A stretch of 63,925 bases of DNA, the filler included, from Atractiella rhizophila (lineage: Eukaryota), in assembly GCA_021432655.1 (NCBI GenBank). It is 4 parts of 3 records of this genome, joined end to end, with 100 filler letters (N's around TTAATTAATTAA, not from the genome) between each part and the next. Parts side by side here need not be neighbours in the genome. Positions count along the whole stretch, not along the records: positions 50,995 to 62,544 come from MU271229.1; positions 62,645 to 63,925 come from MU271280.1; 2 more parts are not named here. The stretch is one strand, 5' to 3'. Made by a program: the position numbers and the translations under genes. The notes beneath the pieces were generated by a model that was given only the letters and a program-made list of their open reading frames with translations, did not search any database and was not told the DNA's origin. Each line of letters begins with the position of its first letter. Position 1 is the first letter of the stretch. Below, piece after piece: positions 52,287-63,925 of the stretch.

Positions 52287-53627
52287 ATGTCGCACGCGCA
52301 CGAGGAGCCCAGCGCTGATGACCTCCCCGTCTATCCATCCTTCGAGGGCTCCCCGCGCCACTCGCCTCCTCCGTCGGGAGGCAGGAAGAGGACCCCACCC
52401 GTGCTCCCTACGCCACACGGATTCCCTATCAATTCCGCGAGGACGTACTCGAGGGAAGAAGTCGCTAATGCCCTGCAGGAGTGGTGTAAGAGTCTGGGAC
52501 TCAACATTCAGATCATAGGGGGAATCAATAGAGGCGGCTATTGTTGGTATGGCGATGAGTGTCATCCGTACAATCGATGTCAAAAGGCACCAAAGATTAA
52601 TGAGTGCGTATTTCTCTATTCCTCCCAAATGTTCGTTTTGCGACGTTGCTAACGTGTTTTTTTGATTTTGTTTGGTTTGTTTTGTTGGGCGGACAGCAAA
52701 AGAGTGTTATGCGATTTTGGGGTCAAAATGAAGCGCTCGTCGTCGGACGGTCAGTGGCAAGTGTCGAACATCACCTCCACCCACACCGCCGACTGCCTTC
52801 AATTCCATTCAAGGACCACAATCCCTCAGGACGCTTCGTCAGTAGGGCCATCCGTTCGTCACTTCATCTTTCCTCTCCTCGGTCTTTGTTCTGACGGAGA
52901 AACAGCAGTTCTTGGCCGTCACTGATTTTGCTGCTCCTCCCATTCCTCTGCCACCCGGTCCTAGCTCGCATGATCCGCATCAGCATCCACATCCACACCA
53001 TCCTCATCCTCATCCTCACAGCACAGAGATCCCCACCGGCCTCGCCGAATACGTCGAGTCCTCTCATTCTCACTCGCACTCCCATCCGCATTCTCCAAGA
53101 ACTGTCTTGGGAGCCGCGTTGGCCGAAGTGGAGGTGGACGGTCCCGTAGAACGCGTCTCCCCTCCTCCTCATCCGTTTGCTCCTTTCGTCGACTCTCCTC
53201 AAAAACAAGGTCGCGAGCAACGGTACGGGGGTTCCCCACCAGCGAAGAGACAGAGGCTGAGTCCGTTTCCCCTTTGCTGGATTGAATAGAATCTAACTGG
53301 ATACGTGGATGACGAGCAGTGGAACTGCAAGAAGAGCATTTCACGAACCGCTCCGACCTCGCCCGCTTCTTCGCGACCCTGAACCTGATCGAAAAGGAAG
53401 ACGTGGACCTGGACGCGCTCGTGGAGAGGTGTCGATGCAAGTTGGACGACCTCTTGGACGTCTGTGAGGACAGGGAATGCTTCGAACTCGCGGTCGGGTA
53501 CAACGATCCCACCAACAATGGGGCGTACAAGTGCGCGTTGAGTCCTAGGGCGAAGGCTTTGGCGTTGAAGAAGTTGAGGGATATTAGGAGGATGAATGGT
53601 GTCAATGTTGCTGTCGCTGAGGAGTGA
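52287..53627 (+). CDS. Hypothetical protein with a FAR1/WRKY-GCM1-like domain, His-Pro repeats and a helical C-terminal domain
   Basis: Spliced: ...EVANALQEWCKSLGLNI...CHPYNRC...KRVLCDFGVKMKRSSSDGQWQVSNITSTHTADC, resembling the C..C-x-F...W-x-V...H-x3-C pattern. HPHPHH repeats; PPAKRQRL NLS-like motif. Confidence 0.5.
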
Positions 53628-54249
53628 TGAGTTCAAAGGGGGATGTTCGTGTTTCGTGATTGTATTGATGTACTTCAATTGATAACGTGCAATATTCTCA
53701 AGTGATTTAACGTTCTGAGGCTTAGCTAATTTTATTTGGAGATGAACATTAGATATTGGATTTCTGAGAAATTGTTGTAAACACTCGATGTGAGTTGATT
53801 GGTAAGGACACAACAACATGATTGAATTTAATGGAGATAATAAGAATAGTTGGCAGCGATCAACAAATCAACAAGGCACAACAGAAGAGAGCAGAGAAAA
53901 CATGTTCAGAACAACGCAGCAGACTAAATCCCAGAATTCAGGCTCGGGACAGGGAATTATTCAGACCAACGCATCAGATAAGAGGAGAGATCAAGGATGA
54001 ACAGGAAAAGATTAAAAGAGTGTTGAGAGTTGGTTATGAATGAGTCGAGAAAAGAAGGAAGGAGATAAACAAGAAATATTAAAGAAAGTGGGTTCGAGTG
54101 AGTAAACGAAGTGATGCTGGTGAGTCCATTGGCTGAGTCCATTGGGCTGAACATTCTTTGAGATGGGAGAGAAACAACAGAGAAGATACCTGAAAACATT
54201 GGCAGGAGCCAAAGGCCGTACAAATCAAAGAGACAAAACAGGAAGATGG

Positions 54250-55020
54250 AAAAAGTTGGCATGGATGATAATTGAAACATTTGGTTCTTCAAAGCTCCTC
54301 CTCTTCGTCCCCAGCCAGCGCATGCAAGTTCTTTCGACTCGCACGGCGTGCAAAGTCGATGAAGAACGAGCCTATTTGAGCCATGGGAGATGGAGGATGA
54401 GTAAGAGGCAGAGGCAGCACAGGCGAAGGTGGAGGAGCAAGCAGGCCTATTCCAGCTCAACTTAAGCAGAGGTTCAAAGGAGGAGAGGAGAGAGAACGCA
54501 CTCGAAGAGGAAGCTGCGCTTGTTGGTGAGTTTGAGCGGAGGGAGTGAGATGATTTCCAGAACTTCAAGCTTCTCTTTCCCTTGAGAACCTTCTCGTATT
54601 CGGAGTCGTCGCTGCGCTCTATCAGGTGAACAAACCGTATGATTAGTTCATAGAGCTCATGAGGGAAACAGGAGCGGCTTACCAATGGCTTCGAAAGTTT
54701 CGTCTGTGTCACTCTCGTCCGATTCCAGCTCCAAGAAACTCATCTTTCCTGTAACACCTACCGCAACCAATGAGTGAATCCAAGGTCATAACGAAGAAGA
54801 AAAGCGTACCGAGCTTAGCAGAGACAGATCCTAGCTTGTACCCATGGTCCTTGACAAACGAAGGGCTGCGTTGTGGCTCGCTCGCCGTCAGAGCTGCTGG
54901 CTCTTCTGCTTCCATTGCTTGTGGTTCAGAATGGAGGATGAAGAGACCGAGACCAATACCTGCAAGTAGAAAGGGTAAGGTCCTTGCAACAGAAGAAAGA
55001 GAGGACATGCTAGGACACTC
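54250..55020 (-). CDS. Hypothetical membrane-anchored protein
   Basis: MSSLSSVARTLPFLLAGIGLGLFILHSEP TM segment, with plausible introns near 54760-54805 and 54625-54685. No recognisable family; 3' end uncertain. Confidence 0.3.
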
Positions 55021-55981
55021 AGAGGGTTGCGTTGAGACCTCTGCGTACATCGGTGCAGTCAAGACTCTCGTTGAACTCGGAACTGATGCAAGTAAACGTT
55101 AGTCAGATCAGAACGAAGGGAGGAGAAGGCTTACTTGGACTTGAGTCAGGATCGGGAGAGACGATTGTGGGAGTGCGCACTTTGACGCTGGAAAGGAAGA
55201 TAAGCTCCAATTCGCCACTCGAGTCGGAGACGTTATCCTTCCTCTGCCTTCTCGGTTTCGTCTTTGGTACGGGAGACACTATCAAGAAACAAACCTCAAA
55301 CCCCATTCCGTGAAGATTGGTCAAACGCACCACTACCCATGGGGCAGTTTACTACTTTCTCCGTCTTGACCTCAAGGTGAGTTTCGCGCCGAGCTAAGTC
55401 ACTTTGACTACGCCTCACTGCTCTCCTCCTCTCCCGCTGAAATTCACGCTCTCCTTCTTTGGGGAAATAGCGAAACTCAAACGACTCTGGGGTCCTCTCA
55501 TAAGCAGGTGGGAGCACGGGCGTCCAATTCTACGCCGAAAGGCAACTGAGTCTCACCTTTGACTGCAAAGAGATTCACGTACCTCTTTCTCTCCTCGTAA
55601 TTGTTCCACGGTAAGCGAAGGAGGGCCAGTCTTGTTACGACGTTTAGCGAGAGAAAGGGAGGAGGTGGAGTGGGTGGTATGGAGAGTTCCGAGTGGAGAA
55701 CGAGAAGAAGAAGCTGAGAGGCGAGTGGACATCTTGAGCAGACAACGGCAGTCAAGGTGTGGACAGACAAATGATTGAGGCGAGAGTAAGAATACCAGGG
55801 ATTCGGTACCTCAAGGTGACAATTATTGTAAAGTTGGATAGCAATGACCTTGAGCTTGGTTGTTTTCAGCTGACAGCTTCCGATAACCTAAATATACTCA
55901 CGTGACTTAGACTGATAAGTACGCATTGCAAAAGCACAATGGAGGTATGGATAGATGTTACTAGACACTTTAGGGTCCAAA

Positions 55982-58900
55982 TAAATCAGGCCCTGCTGAA
56001 GAGAACAATTTCCTTTGGTGGAATTTTCTTGACCACGTCCCCAAATTGTGGAAGCCTTGTGCCATATTTTTGCGCAGCTAACCCAATCTCATGTCACTTC
56101 TATGCCACTTTTCCGGTTCATTCAAGTTCCTGCCCTCCTGGTCCAGGGCAGACTCAACGGGCCGGCTCATCAACGCTGCAAGTAAACAGACTGATACTTT
56201 TATTTTAGCATTATTGTTTTACGGAGTTTTCGTCCGACGTTCGTTGAGCGGATCCACCTTTTTATGGAGATCTTGTCTTTGGTCGCTGAATTGAGATCCA
56301 ACTAGTCACGGTTACAGTGAAGCAATGATAATTGTGCATTTCAACAGGGAGCAATGCGGCATAGAAGTTGTCGGATTGGGGGCATGATTCTGGGTTTGGA
56401 GAAATGGAAAGACGAAAAAGTCATGTGATGAAATAGTAAGATTTCGTGAGCGAAAGATATCCTTGCGAGTGATTCTGTTTCGGCTCTCAGACCGTTTCTT
56501 GCACTGCTTTCTTTGCACTGTAAGGAGTCTCGTCAGCTTTATTGCAATGCGAAAGATACAACTCACTCAACAAAATCCACAGTATGCCATTGGCTTTCGG
56601 TGTATGCGGGACGCTCAGCGTCCTGGGCACTATGGGACTGGTGTCAGCACTATCCTTTTGGTGGTGAGGAGCCTTACTGAGGAGAAGATGGTCTGCCAGC
56701 TGTGACCACTTGGTAAGAGGGAAGCGATCTTTTCCTGGGTAGGATCGTCCGTTTCTCTTCCATCGTTTCCTCAGAGACTCTTCGTCTCAACCAAAGCCGC
56801 TTCCCGAAGAAGAAGAGAGCGCCCTATGGCATGAACGCTCATGAGATTGTCTGTGTTTGAAGCTCTAGTTATAAACATACCAGAACAAAGAGATAGAGAA
56901 CGGTAAATGCGCCTGATAATGCAGCTATTGATGTAGGATCTTGCTGATACATATAGCTGTAAAAGCTGCCGACGGAGTTAGAGCATGCCATCAAATAGAT
57001 AAGGAGAATACCATGTTTCAGGATAATCTGTTCAGAATCGATTCAACAGATGTATCTGAAAGGAAAAGAATCACATGCAAGATGTTGACACTGAAGCGCT
57101 CGTAGTCGGATCGGGATATTCTCCAAGGGAAGTCGTAGGGTTCGTCAAAACAGCAGACATGGCGCTTAATGCAATCGTTTAAGGAAGAGAGGTGGCAGGT
57201 TCTCTGGGGAGTGACCAAAGAACACAGTCTTTTATATTCGCGGGGTAGAGGACAACAACTTCAAGGTTTCATCCGCCTTTCCGAGACGACGCGCTCGAGA
57301 CGTGCTGAAATAAAAAAACGATTTAAGCAGAGGTTCAAAGGAGGAGAGGAGAGAGAACGCACTCGAAGAGGAAGCTGCGCTTGTTGCTGAGTTTGAGCTG
57401 AGAGAGTGAGATGATTTCCAGAACTTCAAGCTTCTCTTTCCCTAGCGAATTTTCTCGTATTCGGCGTCGTCGCTGCGCTAAATCAGGCGCTGCTGAAGAG
57501 AACCATTTCTTTTTGGTGGAATTTTCTTGACCACGTCCCCAAATTGTGGAAGCCTTGTGCCATATTTTTGCGCAGCTAATCCAATCTCTTGTCACTTCTA
57601 TGCCACTTTTCCGGTTCATTCAAGTTCCTGCACTCCTGGTCCAGGGCAGACTCAACGGGCCGGCTCATCAACGCTGCAAGTAAACAGACTGATACTTTTA
57701 TTTCAGCATTATTGTTTTACGGGGTTTTCGTCCAACGTTCGTTGAGGGGATCCAACTTTTTATGAGATCTTGTCTTTGGTAGCTGAATTGAGATCCAACT
57801 AGTCACGGTTACAGTGAAGCAATGATAATTGTGCATTTCAACTGGGAGCAATGCGGCATAGAAGTGGGGGCATGATTCTGGGTTTGGAGAAATGGAAAGA
57901 CGAAAAAAGACATGTGATGAAATCGTAAGACTTCGTGAACGAAGGATATCCTTGCGAGTCATTCTGTTTCGGCTCTCAGACCGTTTCTTGCACTGCTTTC
58001 TTTGCACTGTAAGGAGTCTCGTCAGCTTATTGCAATGCGAAAGGTACAACTCACTCAACAAAATCCACAGTATGCCATTGGCTTTCGGTGTATGCGGGAC
58101 GCTCAGCGTCCTGGGCACTATGGGACTGGTGTCAGCACTATCCTTTTGGTGGTGAGGAGCCTTACTGAGGAGAAGATGTTCTGCCAGCTGTGACCACTTG
58201 GTAAGAGGGAAGCGATCTTTTCCTGGGTAGGATCGTCCGTTTCTCTTCCATCATTTCCTCAGAGACTCTTCGTCTCAACCAAAGCCGCTTCCCGAAGAAG
58301 AAGAGAGCGCCCTATGGCATGAACGCTCATGAGATTGTCTGTGTTTGAAGCTCTAGTTATAAACATACCAGAACAAAGAGATAGAGAACGGTAAATGCGC
58401 CTGATAATGCAGCTATAGATGTAGGATCTTGCTGATACATATAGCTGTAAAAGCTGCTGACGGAGTTAGAGCATGCCATCAAATAGATAAGGAGCATACC
58501 ATGTTTCAGGATAATCTGTTCAGAATCGATTCAACAGATGTATCTGAAAGGAAAAGAATCACATACAAGATGTTGACACTGAAGCGCTCGTAGTCGGAAC
58601 GGCATATTCTCCAAGGGAAGTCGTAGGGTTCGTCAAAACAGCAGACATGGCGCTTAATGCAATCGTTTAAGGAAGAGAGGTGGCAGGTTCTCTGGGGAGT
58701 GACCAAAGAACAGAGTCTTTTATATTCGCGGGGTAGAGGACAACAACTTCAAGGTTTCATCCGCCTTTCCGAGACGACGCGCTCGAGACGTGCTGAAATC
58801 TCGTGACTTCCGTTTCTTGTGACTCTTGTACCATTCCTTCCGAAGCAATCATGTCTTGGTGCCAGTTGAGAAGTTGATTGAGCAGTAAATCTCTAAAAAT

Positions 58901-61900
58901 CAAGGTACGTTCTGTTAATCTTTGTGAACAATGATTTACACGGTCAAGCGTTTTTCCAACGAGCCCATCCCAGATGCAGAGGAATAAATGTAAAAGTAAT
59001 GACATTGCACAATGGGGATTAGAGGATTACAATCAGCAACAAAGCGCCTCGACGGACAGTGCGAAACGTGTTTATTCCTTATGTGCAATGAAATTCGTTA
59101 GCTTCAGCCGCGTAGACCGAATTTTGCAAGTAGCGTCCATGCCGCTTTGGGAAACATCGAAAACGAACTGACTGAGGAACTTTGTGGTTCCTCAGTTCAA
59201 ATCATGCCCAGCCTAGCCGCTTCTGGGTTGAGTGCTCTCTTCTCACTAGAACGCGGCGTCAGTAGAAGCTCGCTGCAACAGCGAAGATCAGCTCACTCGA
59301 TATCGACTGTTGGACCGCCGACGACAGAAACAGCCACGAATTCAGCAGGTTTTGTATGATAAGAAGGAAGCGAATCTCGATGCGAGTGAGAGGGAACGAC
59401 AACCGAAGGCAGGATGGTCTGCTCTCTTAGCTGTGGTTTCTGGGTCGCTTTCCTCTTCAACCAGAAATATCTTATGGTAGCAGCCACAATCCCCTACAAC
59501 AGCCCTGCAAGCATGAGAACAGTCAAAGACAGATGGATACGGGCGTACGAGAACGGCAAGATAGACCAAAGTGAAAGCGCTGGAAACTGCAGCCGTCTCC
59601 CAGATATTGTACTTGTAGCCGAACGTCTCATACCTGGCTCCGTCTGTCAGAAAGCAAAGAATGTGAGTTGGGCACACGTACACATTTGTCAAGACATAGC
59701 CGGTCGCGACTGGTGCAGGTGCTTGAACTTCATCAGCACAAAATTATTCAACTATGAAAAGGCTCACTAGCTGTCGCAATTGCTCCACTTGGTGAAGTGG
59801 TCGTCAAATCAAAGAGAGAGGTGAAGACGTGAGCCATGATGATACTTTAGGGAGTGCAACTGATACTGGCACACCTCAATACGGGCAGACTCAACGGGCC
59901 GGCTCATCAACGCTGCAAGTAAACAGACTGATACTTTTATTTCAGCATTATTGCTTTACGGAGTTTTCGTCCGACGTTCGTTGATGGGATCCACCTTTTT
60001 ATGAGATCTTGTCTTTGGTCGCTGAATTGAGATTTAACTAGTCACGGTTACAGTGAAGCAATGATAATTGTGCATTTCAACAGGGAGCAATGCGGCATAG
60101 AAGTTGTCGGATTGGGGGCATGATTCTGGGTTTGGAGAAATGGACGAAAAAAGACATGTGATGAAATCGTAAGACTTCGTGAACGAAGGATATCCTTGCG
60201 AGTGATTCTGTTTCGGCTCTCAGACCGTTTCTTGCACGGCTTTCTTTGCACTGTAAGGAGTCCCGTCAGCTTTATTGCAATGCGAAAGGTACAACTCACT
60301 CAACAAAATCCACAGTATGCCATTGGCTTTCGGTATATGCGGGACGCTCAGCGTCCTGGGCACTATGGGACTGGTGTCAGCACTATCCTTTTGGTGGTGA
60401 GGAGCCTTACTGAGGAGAAGATGGTCTGCCAGCTGTGACCACTTGGTAAGAGGGAAGCGATCTTTTCCTGGGTAGGATCGTCCGTTTCTCTTCCATCGTT
60501 TCCTCAGAGACTCTTCGTCTCAACCAAAGCCGCTTCCCGAAGAAGAAGAGAGCGCCCTATGGCATGAACGCTCATGAGATTGTTTGTGTTTGAAGCTCTA
60601 GTTATAAACATACCAGAACAAAGAGATAGAGAACGGTAAATGCGCCCGATAATGCAGCTATAGATGTAGGATCTTGCTGATACATATAGCTGTAAAAGCT
60701 GCTGACGGAGTTAGAGCATGCCATCAAATAGATAAGGAGCATACCATGTTTCAGGATAATCTGTTCAGAATCGATTCAACAGATGTATCTGAAAGGAAAA
60801 GAATCACATACAAGATGTTGACACTGAAGCGCTCGTAGTCGGAACGGCATATTCTCCAAGGGAAGTCGTAGGGTTCGTCAAAACAGCGGACATGGTGCTT
60901 AATGCAATCGTTTAAGGAAGAGAGGTGGCAGGTTCTCTGGGGAGTGACCAAAGAACACAGTCTTTATATTCGCGGGGTAGAGGACAACAACTTCAAGGTT
61001 TCATCCGCCTTTCCGAGACGACGCGCTCGAGACGTGCTGGAATCTCGTGACTTCCGTTTCTTGTGACTCTTGTACCATTCCTTCCGAAGCAATCATTGTC
61101 TTGGTGCAAGTTGAGAAGTTGATTCAGCAGTAAATCTCTAAAAATCAAAGTACGTTCTGTTAATCTTTGTGAACAATGATTTACACGGTCAAGCGTTTTC
61201 CAACGAGCCCATCCCAGAAGCAGAGGAATAAATGTAAAAGTAATGACATTGCACAATGGGGATTAGAGGATTACAATCAGCAACAAAGCGCCTCGACGGA
61301 CAGTGCGAAACGTGTTTATTCCTTATGTGCAATGAAATTCGTTAGCTTCAGCCGCGTAGACCGAATTTTGCAAGTAGCGTCCATGCCGCTTTGGGAAACA
61401 TCGAAAACGAACTGACTGTGGAACTTTGTGGTTCCTCAGTTCAAATCATGCCCAACCTAGCCGCTTCTGGGTTGAGTGCTCTCTTCTCACTAGAGCTCGG
61501 CGTCAGTAGAAGCTCGCTGCAACAGCGAAGATCAGCTCACTCGATATCGACTGTTGGACCGCCGACGACAGAAACAGCCACGAATTCAGCAGGTTTTGTA
61601 TGATAAGAAGGAAGCGAATCTCGATGCGAGTGAGAGGGAGCGACAACCGAAGGCAGGATGGTTTGCTCTCTTAGCCGTGGTTTCTGGGCCGCTTTCCTCT
61701 TCAACCAGAAATATCTTATGGTAGCAGCCACAATCCCCTACAACAGTCCTGCAAGCATGAGAACCGTCAAAGACAGATGGACACAGACGTACGAGAACGA
61801 CAAGATAGACCAAAGTGAAAGCGCTGGAAACTGCAGCCGTCTCCCAGATATTGTGTTCGTAGCCAAACGTCTCATACCTGGCTCCCGTCTGTCAGAAAGC

Positions 61901-62125
61901 AAAGAATGTGAGTTGGGCACACCTACACATTTGTCAAGGCATAGCCGGTCGCGACTGGTGCAGGTGCTTGAACTTCATCAGCACAAAATTATTCAACTAT
62001 TAAAAAGCTCACTAGCTGTCGCAATTGCTCCAGTTGGTGAAGTGGTCGTCAAATCAAAGAGAGAGGTGAAGACGTGAGCCATGATGATACTTTAGGGAGT
62101 GCAACTGATACTGGCACCTCAATAC
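55982..62125 (+). repeat. Nested tandem array: three copies of a ~1.2-2.2 kb unit plus a copy of 54462-54618
   Basis: 55982-57311 aligns to 57479-58799; 57644-59882 aligns to 59883-62125; 57323-57479 aligns to 54462-54618. Confidence 0.95.
58750..59838 (-). pseudogene. Degenerate membrane-protein-like gene within the repeat unit (second copy at about 60990-62082)
   Basis: Minus-strand MAHVFTSLFDLTTTSPSGAIATAS start, intron-like GTGAGC/CTGACGG signals, hydrophobic exon YETFGYKYNIWETAAVSSAFTLVYLAVLVR, with in-frame stops and frameshifts. Confidence 0.35.
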
Positions 62126-62399
62126 AACGTTACGACCTGAGAGGAAGGGAAAGAGGTCTCCAAGCTTTTAAGGTCCATGGATTCAGCTCCGCGATCCCGA
62201 GAGATTGAACCGCGCGCTTACAGGTGATATTGTCCCATTGGCAATAAATTCCTTTGCACAGAGATCTGGGAGGAACCGCAACATATAAGTAGTTATGCTT
62301 TGTGTCATATACATAGATCAAAGAGAACCTCACATCCGAGTGCTTGTACATCACAGTCCAGAACGTTCGTGTGAATGTTAATACTTGCGGTACCTGAAG

Positions 62400-62544
62400 A
62401 AATGAACGAGGCGCTAATTCGGATCGCTTTCGAGTACAAGCAGACAAAGTATGACAACTTTACGGTGCTTTATCACCCATTAGAATTCGACTGGGTGTCA
62501 TTTCCGAGTGCGATATCTCTCTTCCTTTCACTGAAAAACAACGT
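62400..62544 (+). CDS. Possible fragment of an SGNH/GDSL (phospholipase B1-like) hydrolase
   Basis: EMNEALIRIAFEYKQTKYDNFTVLYHPLEFDWVSFP resembles the segment preceding the DCFHP motif of such enzymes. Cut by the spacer, so the catalytic motif is not seen. Confidence 0.3.
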
Positions 62545-62644
62545 NNNNNNNNNNNNNNNNNNNNNNNNNNNNNNNNNNNNNNNNNNNNTTAATTAATTAA
62601 NNNNNNNNNNNNNNNNNNNNNNNNNNNNNNNNNNNNNNNNNNNN
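62545..62644. other. Artificial contig spacer
   Basis: N-TTAATTAATTAA-N, 100 nt. Confidence 0.97.
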
Positions 62645-63925
62645 ATTATCGCGCCCGTATCCGTAATGCAGTTTGGTGATGCTTGCAAATCGATGTTGTC
62701 CACGGTCAGAGTATCTTAACACCGACCATCTAAAGGCTATCCCAGTCCGAAAATAAGCAGGAGGGTGGGGCATTGCACAATCAACTCCGTTCAGATTCAC
62801 TCTCAGTCTCAACAGGAGCCATCCGCGGATCCACTCTGTCGCCCCCTTCCCTGCACGATGAGTCCGTAGATGTGTCAGCGCCAGTAATATATTGTTTGGA
62901 CAGTTTGGCAGATTGGCACAATCAGGAAAGCTTCAACCAGGTTTTGAAAGGGAGCGACGGAGACACAATTGATACAATCTGAAGCTCTGGTTCTGAGTGA
63001 AATAAACCTGGTCTCGTTAACCCTTGTTTTGCTTCAAGTTGAAGGTATCTTGAAAAGCTATTAGAAAAGCTATTAAAAGCAATAGCAAGAGAGTTTATTC
63101 TTCTCAGCTTGGGTCAGCAATTTTCAAGCACTTCCATCCTACATGTTACTACATAGGTACTAAAAGAAGTGGATGGCAAAGTGGAAAGTGTGTTCTCTTC
63201 CGAGAAATGGGAGAGCCCATGTACTATTATCATAATTCGCGAGACTTCGTCTTATGCGAACAGAGTATTCTTCAGCTATTCCACTGTGACGCGCCGCGAT
63301 ACTTCTGGATAGTGCACTTTCCTGCATACTGTTTGCCTAATGGAAAGTTCGATGGAACAGAGACTGGATCACAGAAATGATTGACACCCACTGGTATTAG
63401 TCGAGAGCAAACTGAAGCACCCATATCATTGTGTTCATCTCAGCACGCTCTGATTCGATCCAGCGGAAGAGAGTTGAGCTGGAATCCCCTTGGGCAAGAG
63501 GATGAGGGTCTGTCCGTCCTAAGGTGTTACATCCACCCCAAGGCTCAAGGGTACTGTCACGAAGAAACAACTGTCATACCCCCTTCCAGGCGACTCATGA
63601 ATCTGCGGCTGTAGTAGCCACATTGCTAAGTTGTCTTAGAGTTTGGTCAAGATAACGTCACGACAGTCATTGATTTCATATATAAAGGGACTTTCATGCA
63701 AGCTTATGTTGCCTCAGGTTCATATCATATTGGTGCATGATACGGCATAGAAATACGCTTTCCTTGACAATGTAATGAAGCAGAGTTCATGGGGCATTTA
63801 CTGGACAGTTAGTATTGTTGACACAGTGCGATGCTTTCATTTCATTCTAATATCCGTTCAGCTCATAGCCAATCCTTAGAGCCGTGATGAGAAAGAAAAT
63901 CGCCACTTTGTTCTCGGGTTAAGTG

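Noticed and set aside
55982..62125. LTR retrotransposon, Helitron or CRISPR-like array
   Set aside because: No TG...CA termini, TIRs, target-site duplications, RT/integrase/Rep-helicase motifs or short repeat-spacer periodicity. These are simple tandem segmental copies.
62645..63925. A gene, or a second mirror-reversed segment, after the last spacer
   Set aside because: The normal six-frame track shows nothing recognisable, and complement-only reading of the contig start gave no protein-like frame. Left unannotated.

Overview
Eukaryotic, gene-dense fungal DNA, most likely a basidiomycete (short ~45-60 nt GT/GC-AG introns, micro-exons, CAP59/CAP64/CAP10-type capsule genes). It is a draft assembly: four contigs are joined by 100-nt N-TTAATTAATTAA-N spacers (24698-24797, 50895-50994, 62545-62644), there are two internal N gaps, and there are scattered homopolymer frameshifts. 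Recognisable genes: LCB1, a GT90 (CAP10-like) glycosyltransferase, a secreted arylsulfotransferase, SUB2/UAP56, a Psh1-like RING E3, a 4.7-kb tandem duplication carrying RPC10/RPB12 + an SDR + PRE1, a metallophosphoesterase, a class I SAM methyltransferase, STE11, SFM1, YAH1, a PQ-loop transporter, IES6, an AhpD-like protein, a C2H2 transcription factor, GCV2, a divergent CAP59/CAP64 pair, an SPX protein (partial), a PDK/BCKD-type kinase (partial), TIM10, a FAR1-like protein and a nested tandem-repeat array. Highlights: (1) 665 nt (24798-25462) are reversed without complementation and decode exactly as the missing 3' part of the methyltransferase gene, most likely a software artefact. (2) The glycine decarboxylase gene has an unusually long (352 nt), heavily base-paired intron with mutually exclusive hairpins over a cryptic splice donor, a candidate metabolite-responsive splicing switch. 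(3) SUB2 has a 655-nt structured intron, a candidate autoregulatory element. (4) Two independent tandem duplications both have oligo-A fillers at their junctions. All calls are from reading the sequence; no searches or folding programs were run.
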